64,000 bases of DNA from Eledone cirrhosa (lineage: Eukaryota): contig OZ024757.1 of the NCBI GenBank assembly GCA_964016885.1, positions 2,976,001 to 3,040,000 of the forward strand. The letters are read 5' to 3'. A model generated the notes under the pieces. The model was given only the letters and a program-made list of their open reading frames with translations. It was not told the origin of the DNA and searched no databases. Positions 55,293-64,000 of the stretch are shown in pieces. The position numbers and the translations under genes were made by a program. Every line of letters starts with the position of its first letter. The first letter of the stretch is position 1.

Positions 55293-58200
55293 CTGTGATC
55301 TCTCAATTCAGAGATTCTTTCCTGAGACAATCTAACTACATGTCTGTAGTATCAGAGGTGTGATCTCTCAATTCAGAGATTCATTCCTGAGACATTCTAA
55401 CCACATGTCTGTAGTATCAGAGCTGTGATCTCTCAATCCAGAGATTCTTTCTTGAGACATTCTAACCACATGTCTGTAGTATCAGAGCTGTGATCTCTGA
55501 ATTCAGAGATTCTTTCCTTCGACATTCTAACCACATGTCTGTAGTATCAGAGCTGTGATCTCTTAATTCAGAGATTCTTTCCTGAGACATTATAACCAAA
55601 TGTCTATAGTATCAGAGCTCTGATCTCTCAATCCACAGATTCTTTCCAGAGACATTCTAACCACATGACTGTAGTATCAGAGCTGTGATCTCTCAATCCA
55701 CAGATTCTTTCCAGAGACATTCTAACCACATGACTGTCGTATCAGAGCTGTGATCTCTCAATTCAGAGATTCTTTCCTGACACATCCTAACCACATGTCT
55801 ATAGTATCAGAGCTGTGATCTCTCCATTCAGAGATTCTTTGCTGACACATTCTAACCACATGTCTGTAGTATCAGAGCTGTGATCTCTCAATTCAGAGAT
55901 TCTTTCCTGAGATATTCTAACCCCATGTCTATAGTATCAGAGCTGTGATCTCTCAACTCAGAGATTCTTTTCTGAGACATTCTAACCACATGTCTATATT
56001 ATCAGAGCTGTGATCTCTCAATTCAGATATTCTTTCCTGAGACATTCCCGGCACCAATCTGTTGTATCAGCGTTGTGATCTCTCAATTCAGAGATTGTTT
56101 CTTGAGACATTCTAAACACATGACCATAGTATCGGAGCTGTGATCTCTCAATTCAGAGATTCCTTCCAGAGACATTCTAACCACATGTCTATAGTATCAG
56201 AGCTGTGATCTCTCCATTCAGAGATTCTTTCCTGACACATTCTAGCCACATGTCTGTAGTATCAGAGCTGTGATCTCTCAATTCAGAGATTCTTTCCTGA
56301 GACATACTAACCACATGTCTGTAGTATCAGAGCTGTGATCTCTCAATTTAGAGATTCTTTCCTGAGACATTCTAACCACATATCTGTAGTGTCAGAGCTG
56401 TGATATCTCAAATAAGAGATTCCTTCCAGAGACATTCTAACCACATGTCTGTAGTATCAGAGCTGTGATATCCCAATTCAAAGATTCTTTCCTCAGACAT
56501 TCTAACCAGGTGTCTGTAGTATCAGAGCTGTGATCTTTCAATCCACAGATTCTTTCCAGAGACATTCTAACCACATGACTGTAGTATCAGAGCTGTGATC
56601 TCTCAATCCACAGATTCTTTCCAGAGACATTCTAACCACATGTCTATAGTATCAGAGCTGTGATCTCTCAATTCAGATATTCTTTCCTGAGACATTCCCG
56701 GCGCCAATCTGTTGTATCAGCGTTGTGATCTCTCAATTCAGAGATTCTTTCCTGAGATATTCTAACCCCATGTCTATAGTATCAGAGCTGTGATCTCTCA
56801 ACTCAGAGATTCTTTTCTGAGACATTCTAACCACATGTCTATAGTATCAGAGCTGTGATCTCTCAATTCAGATATTCTTTCCCGACACATCCTAACCACA
56901 TGTCTATAGTATCAGAGCTGTGATCTCTCCATTCAGAGATTCTTTCCTGACACATTCTAACCACATGTCTGTAGTATCAGAGCTGTGATCTCTCAATTCA
57001 GAGATTCTTTCCTGAGACATTCTAACCCCATGTCTATAGTATCAGAGCTGTGACCTCTCAACTCAGAGATTCTTTTCTGAGACATTCTAACCACATGTCT
57101 ATAGTATCAGAGCTGTGATCTCTCAATTCAGATATTCTTTCCTGATCATTCCCGGCACCAATCTGTAGTATCAGCGTTGTGATCTCTCAATTCAGAGATT
57201 CTTTCCTGAGACATTCTAACCACATATAGGTAGTATCAGAGTTGTGATCTCTCAATTCAGAGATTCTTTCCTGAGACATTCTAATTACATGTCTGTAGTA
57301 TCAGAGCTGTGATCTCTCAATTTAGAGATTCTTTCCTCAGACATTCTAACCACATGTCTGTAGTATTAGAGCTGTGATCTCTCAATCCAGAGATTCTTTC
57401 CTGCGACATTCTAAACACATGTCTGTAGAATCAGAGCTGTGATCTCTTAATTCAGAGATTCTTTCCTGAGACGTTCGAACCACATGTCTATAGTATCAGA
57501 GCTCTGATCTCTCAATTCAGAGATTCTTTCCTGAGACATTCTAACCACATGTCTGTAGTATGAGAGCTGTGATCTCTCAATTCAGAGATTCTTTCTTGAG
57601 ACATTCTAACCACATGACCATAGTATCAGAGCTGTGATCTCTCCATTCAGAGATCCTTTCCTGACACATTCTAACCACATGTCTGTAGTATCAGAGCTGT
57701 GATCTCTCAATTCAGAGATTCTTTCCTGAGACAATCTAACCACATGTCTGTAGTATCAGAGGTGTGATCACTCAATTCAGAGATTCTTTCCTCAGACATT
57801 CTAACCACATGTCTATAGTAGCAGAGCTGTGATCTCTCAATTCAGAGATTCTTTTCAGAGACATCCTACCCACATGTCTGTAGTATCAGAACTGTGATAT
57901 CCCAATTCAAAGATTCTTTCCTGAGACATTCTAATCAGATGTCTGTAGTATTAGAGCTGTGATCTCTCAATCCAGGGATTCTTTCCAGAGACATTCTAAC
58001 CACATGACTGTGGTATCAGAACTCTGATCTCTCAATTCAGAGATTCTTTCCAGAGACATTCTAACCACATGTCTATAGTATCAGAGCTGTGATCACTCCA
58101 TTCAGAGATTCTTTCCTGAGACATTCCCACCACCAATCTGTAGTATCAGCGTTGTGATCTCTCAATTCAGAGATTCTTTTCTCAGACATTATAACCACAT

Positions 58201-58585
58201 TTCTATATCATCAGAGCTGTGATCTCCCAATTCAGAGATTCTTTCCTGAGACATTCTAACCACATGTCTGTAGTATCAGAGCTGTGATCTTTCAATTTAG
58301 AGATTCTTTCCTGAGACATTCTAACCACATGTCTTCAGTATTAGAGCTGTGATCTCTCAATCCAGAGATTCTTTCCTGAGACATTCTAACCACATATCTA
58401 TAGTATTAGAGCTGGGATCTCTCAATTCAAAGATTCTTTGCAGAGATATTCTTACCACATGTCTGTAGTATCAGAGCTGTGATCTCTCAATTCAGAGATT
58501 CTTTCCTGAGACATTCTAAACACAAGTCTATAGTATCAGAACTGTGATCTCTCAATTCAGAGATTCTTTCCTGAGACAATCTAAC
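55293..58585 (+). repeat. 3249-bp tandem duplication, copy 1 (50 monomers - 1 bp)
   Basis: Markers at 56047, 56697, 57151 and 58126 recur at +3249. The private deletion 'cctgatcattccc' is in both copies. Confidence 0.95.
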
Positions 58586-61500
58586 TACATGTCTGTAGTA
58601 TCAGAGGTGTGATCTCTCAATTCAGAGATTCATTCCTGAGACATTCTAACCACATGTCTGTAGTATCAGAGCTGTGATCTCTCAATCCAGAGATTCTTTC
58701 TTGAGACATTCTAACCACATGTCTGTAGTATCAGAGCTGTGATCTCTGAATTCAGAGATTCTTTCCTTCGACATTCTAACCACATGTCTGTAGTATCAGA
58801 GCTGTGATCTCTTAATTCAGAGATTCTTTCCTGAGACATTATAACCAAATGTCTATAGTATCAGAGCTCTGATCTCTCAATCCACAGATTCTTTCCAGAG
58901 ACATTCTAACCACATGACTGTAGTATCAGAGCTGTGATCTCTCAATCCACAGATTCTTTCCAGAGACATTCTAACCACATGACTGTCGTATCAGAGCTGT
59001 GATCTCTCAATTCAGAGATTCTTTCCTGACACATCCTAACCACATGTCTATAGTATCAGAGCTGTGATCTCTCCATTCAGAGATTCTTTGCTGACACATT
59101 CTAACCACATGTCTGTAGTATCAGAGCTGTGATCTCTCAATTCAGAGATTCTTTCCTGAGATATTCTAACCCCATGTCTATAGTATCAGAGCTGTGATCT
59201 CTCAACTCAGAGATTCTTTTCTGAGACATTCTAACCACATGTCTATATTATCAGAGCTGTGATCTCTCAATTCAGATATTCTTTCCTGAGACATTCCCGG
59301 CACCAATCTGTTGTATCAGCGTTGTGATCTCTCAATTCAGAGATTGTTTCTTGAGACATTCTAAACACATGACCATAGTATCGGAGCTGTGATCTCTCAA
59401 TTCAGAGATTCCTTCCAGAGACATTCTAACCACATGTCTATAGTATCAGAGCTGTGATCTCTCCATTCAGAGATTCTTTCCTGACACATTCTAGCCACAT
59501 GTCTGTAGTATCAGAGCTGTGATCTCTCAATTCAGAGATTCTTTCCTGAGACATACTAACCACATGTCTGTAGTATCAGAGCTGTGATCTCTCAATTTAG
59601 AGATTCTTTCCTGAGACATTCTAACCACATATCTGTAGTGTCAGAGCTGTGATATCTCAAATCAGAGATTCCTTCCAGAGACATTCTAACCACATGTCTG
59701 TAGTATCAGAGCTGTGATATCCCAATTCAAAGATTCTTTCCTCAGACATTCTAACCAGGTGTCTGTAGTATCAGAGCTGTGATCTTTCAATCCACAGATT
59801 CTTTCCAGAGACATTCTAACCACATGACTGTAGTATCAGAGCTGTGATCTCTCAATCCACAGATTCTTTCCAGAGACATTCTAACCACATGTCTATAGTA
59901 TCAGAGCTGTGATCTCTCAATTCAGATATTCTTTCCTGAGACATTCCCGGCGCCAATCTGTTGTATCAGCGTTGTGATCTCTCAATTCAGAGATTCTTTC
60001 CTGAGATATTCTAACCCCATGTCTATAGTATCAGAGCTGTGATCTCTCAACTCAGAGATTCTTTTCTGAGACATTCTAACCACATGTCTATAGTATCAGA
60101 GCTGTGATCTCTCAATTCAGATATTCTTTCCCGACACATCCTAACCACATGTCTATAGTATCAGAGCTGTGATCTCTCCATTCAGAGATTCTTTCCTGAC
60201 ACATTCTAACCACATGTCTGTAGTATCAGAGCTGTGATCTCTCAATTCAGAGATTCTTTCCTGAGACATTCTAACCCCATGTCTATAGTATCAGAGCTGT
60301 GACCTCTCAACTCAGAGATTCTTTTCTGAGACATTCTAACCACATGTCTATAGTATCAGAGCTGTGATCTCTCAATTCAGATATTCTTTCCTGATCATTC
60401 CCGGCACCAATCTGTAGTATCAGCGTTGTGATCTCTCAATTCAGAGATTCTTTCCTGAGACATTCTAACCACATATAGGTAGTATCAGAGTTGTGATCTC
60501 TCAATTCAGAGATTCTTTCCTGAGACATTCTAATTACATGTCTGTAGTATCAGAGCTGTGATCTCTCAATTTAGAGATTCTTTCCTCAGACATTCTAACC
60601 ACATGTCTGTAGTATTAGAGCTGTGATCTCTCAATCCAGAGATTCTTTCCTGCGACATTCTAAACACATGTCTGTAGAATCAGAGCTGTGATCTCTTAAT
60701 TCAGAGATTCTTTCCTGAGACGTTCGAACCACATGTCTATAGTATCAGAGCTCTGATCTCTCAATTCAGAGATTCTTTCCTGAGACATTCTAACCACATG
60801 TCTGTAGTATGAGAGCTGTGATCTCTCAATTCAGAGATTCTTTCTTGAGACATTCTAACCACATGACCATAGTATCAGAGCTGTGATCTCTCCATTCAGA
60901 GATCCTTTCCTGACACATTCTAACCACATGTCTGTAGTATCAGAGCTGTGATCTCTCAATTCAGAGATTCTTTCCTGAGACAATCTAACCACATGTCTGT
61001 AGTATCAGAGGTGTGATCACTCAATTCAGAGATTCTTTCCTCAGACATTCTAACCACATGTCTATAGTAGCAGAGCTGTGATCTCTCAATTCAGAGATTC
61101 TTTTCAGAGACATCCTACCCACATGTCTGTAGTATCAGAACTGTGATATCCCAATTCAAAGATTCTTTCCTGAGACATTCTAATCAGATGTCTGTAGTAT
61201 TAGAGCTGTGATCTCTCAATCCAGGGATTCTTTCCAGAGACATTCTAACCACATGACTGTGGTATCAGAACTCTGATCTCTCAATTCAGAGATTCTTTCC
61301 AGAGACATTCTAACCACATGTCTATAGTATCAGAGCTGTGATCACTCCATTCAGAGATTCTTTCCTGAGACATTCCCACCACCAATCTGTAGTATCAGCG
61401 TTGTGATCTCTCAATTCAGAGATTCTTTTCTCAGACATTATAACCACATTTCTATATCATCAGAGCTGTGATCTCCCAATTCAGAGATTCTTTCCTGAGA

Positions 61501-61834
61501 CATTCTAACCACATGTCTGTAGTATCAGAGCTGTGATCTTTCAATTTAGAGATTCTTTCCTGAGACATTCTAACCACATGTCTTCAGTATTAGAGCTGTG
61601 ATCTCTCAATCCAGAGATTCTTTCCTGAGACATTCTAACCACATATCTATAGTATTAGAGCTGGGATCTCTCAATTCAAAGATTCTTTGCAGAGATATTC
61701 TTACCACATGTCTGTAGTATCAGAGCTGTGATCTCTCAATTCAGAGATTCTTTCCTGAGACATTCTAAACACAAGTCTATAGTATCAGAACTGTGATCTC
61801 TCAATTCAGAGATTCTTTCCTGAGACAATCTAAC
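58542..61834 (+). repeat. 3249-bp tandem duplication, copy 2
   Basis: Markers at 59296, 59946, 60400 and 61375. One difference noticed (56414 a vs 59663 c). Confidence 0.95.
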
Positions 61835-64000
61835 CACATGTCTGTAGTATCAGAGGTGTGATCTCTCAATTCAGAGATTCATTCCTGAGACATTCTAACC
61901 ACATGTCTGTAGTATCAGAGCTGTGATCTCTCAATCCGGAGATTCTTTCTTGAGACATTCTAACCACATGTCTGTAGTATCAGAGCTGTGATCTCTGAAT
62001 TCAGAGATTCTTTCATGCGACATTCTAACCACATGTCTGTAGTATCAGAGCTGTGATCTCTTAATTCAGAGATTCTTTCCTGAGACGTTCTAACCACATG
62101 TCTGTAGTATCAGAGCTGTGATCTCTCAATTCAGAGATTCTTTCTTGAGACATTCTAACCACATGACCATAGTATCGGAGCTGTGATCTCTCAATTCAGA
62201 GATTCCTTCCAGAGACATTCTAACCACATGTCTATAGTATCAGAGCTGTGATCTCTCCATTCAGAGATTCTTTCCTGACACATTCTAGCCACATGTCTGT
62301 AGTATCAGAGCTGTGATCTCTCAATTCAGAGATTCTTTCCTGAGACATACTAACCACATGTCTGTAGTATCAGAGCTGTGATCTCTCAATTTAGAGATTC
62401 TTTCCTGAGACATTCTAACCACATATCTGTAGTGTCAGATCTGTGATATCTCAAATCAGAGATTCCTTCCAGAGACATTCTAACCACATGTCTGTAGTAT
62501 CAGAGCTGTGATATCCCAATTCAAAGATTCTTTCCTCAGACATTCTAACCAGATGTCTGTAGTATCAGAGCTGTGATCTCTCAATCCACAGATTCTTTCC
62601 AGAGACATTCTAACCACATGAGTGTAGTATCAGAGCTGTGATCTCTCAATCCACAGATTCTTTCCAGAGACATTCTAACCACATGACTGTCGTATCAGAG
62701 CTGTGATCTCTCAATTCAGAGATTCTTTCCTGACACATCCTAACCACATGTCTATAGTATCAGAGCTGTGATCTCTCCATTCAGAGATTCTTTCCTGACA
62801 CATTCTAACCACATGTCTGTAGTATCAGAGCTGTGATCTCTCAATTCAGAGATTCTTTCCTGAGACATTCTAACCACATGTCTGTAGTATCAGAGCTGTG
62901 ATCTCTCAATTTAGAGATTCTTTCCTGAGACATTCTAACCACATGTCTTCAATATTAGAGCTGTGATCTCTCAATCCAGAGATTCTTTCCTGAGATATTC
63001 TAACGCCATATCTATAGTATTAGAGCTGTGAACTCTCAATTCAAAATTCTTTCCAGAGATGTTCTTACCACATGTCTGTAGTATCAGAGCTGTGATCTCT
63101 CAATTCAGAGATTATTTCCTGAGACAATCTAACCACATGTCTATAGTATCAGAGCTGTGATCTCTCAATTCAGATATTCTTTCCTGAGACATTCCCGGCA
63201 CCAATCTGTAGTATCAGCGTTGTGATCTCTCAATTCAGAGATTCTTTCCTGAGACATTCTAACCACATGTCTATAGTATCAGAGCTGTGATCACTCCATT
63301 CAGAGATTCTTTCCTGACACATTCTAACCACATGTCTGTAGTATCAGATCTGTGATCTCTCAATTCAGAGATTCTTTCCTGAGACATTCTAACCACATGT
63401 CTATAGTATCAGAGCTGTGATCTCTCAATTCAGAGATTCTTTCCTGAGACATTCCCGCCAACAATCTGTAGTATCAGCGTTGTGATCTCTCAATTCAGAG
63501 ATTCTTTTCTCAGACATTCTAACCACATTTCTATAGCATCAGAGCTGTGATCTCCCAATTCAGAGATTCTTTCCTGAGACATTCTAGCCACATGTCTGTA
63601 GAATCAGAGCTGTGATCTTTCAATTTAGAGATTCTTTCCTGAGACATTCTAACCACATGTCTTCAGTATTAGAACTGTGATCTCTCAATCCAGAGATTCT
63701 TTCCTGAGACATTCTAACCACATATCTATAGTATTAGAGCTGGGATCTCTCAATTCAAAGATTCTTTCCAGAGATATTCTTACCACATGTCTGTAGTATC
63801 AGAGCTGTGATCTCTCAATTCAGAGATTCTTTCCTGAGACATTCTAACCACATGTCTGTAGTATCAGAGCTGTGATCTCTGAATTCAGAGATTCTTTCAT
63901 GCGACATTCTAACCACATGTCTGTAGTATTAGAGCTGTGATCTCTTAATTCAGAGATACTTTCCTGAGACGTTCTAACCACATGTCTGTAGTATCAGAGC

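Larger units (their letters stand above)
1..64000. repeat. Tandem satellite array, 65-bp monomer, ~985 copies, single orientation, runs off both window ends
   Basis: Unit starts recur every 65 bp (1, 66, 131...; 32321 to 57021 is exactly 380 x 65). Consensus tctaaccacatgtctgtagtatcagagctgtgatctctcaattcagagattctttcctgagacat, with most copies differing by only a few substitutions. No non-repeat sequence or inversion seen. Confidence 0.99.
12421..64000. repeat. Satellite sub-family domain 2 (loose higher-order organisation, few indels)
   Basis: Variants seen only from ~12.4 kb onward: 'gatatcccaatt', 'gtcttcagt', 'accttctatcc', 'gactgtgg', 'cacattataacc', 'cccggcaccaatc'. They recur in conserved order. 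Confidence 0.85.

Noticed and set aside
1-64000. CRISPR array (65-bp period, palindromic segment)
   Set aside because: The period and dyads superficially resemble a repeat plus spacer, but the would-be spacer is as conserved as the repeat. There are no unique spacers, leader or cas genes.
1-64000. Tandem tRNA, 5S or snRNA gene array
   Set aside because: No Pol III A/B boxes, cloverleaf or recognisable RNA-gene sequence. The 65-bp unit has no spacer.
1-64000. Long repeat-protein CDS or telomeric repeat
   Set aside because: 65 is not a multiple of 3, so stop codons recur within every ~195 bp on both strands. The single 'ctaacc' per monomer is not a tandem telomeric tract.
1-64000. Transposon insertion or inversion within the array
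   Set aside because: No non-satellite segment or reverse-orientation monomer was seen while reading through the window.

Overview
The whole 64 kb window is one uninterrupted, single-orientation, head-to-tail satellite array of about 985 copies of a 65-bp monomer (consensus tctaaccacatgtctgtagtatcagagctgtgatctctcaattcagagattctttcctgagacat; 26/65 = 40% GC; no CpG). I found no credible genes, RNA genes, transposon insertions or CRISPR arrays, and the five ORFs are by-products of the repeat. The interest lies in the internal architecture. (i) The monomer consists largely of three dyad symmetries. (ii) A rare, heavily diverged, CpG-bearing marker monomer recurs about 43 times. (iii) Two sub-family domains meet at about 12.4 kb. 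(iv) There are nested tandem duplications (8128 bp = 125 monomers, 3249 bp = 50 monomers, older ~6.1 and ~3.3 kb blocks) with mappable chimeric junctions. (v) A 24.7 kb stretch has no net indel. The array looks like eukaryotic (peri)centromeric or heterochromatic satellite DNA, but organism and function cannot be determined from the sequence. All comparisons were made by eye using diagnostic variants, so block boundaries are approximate.
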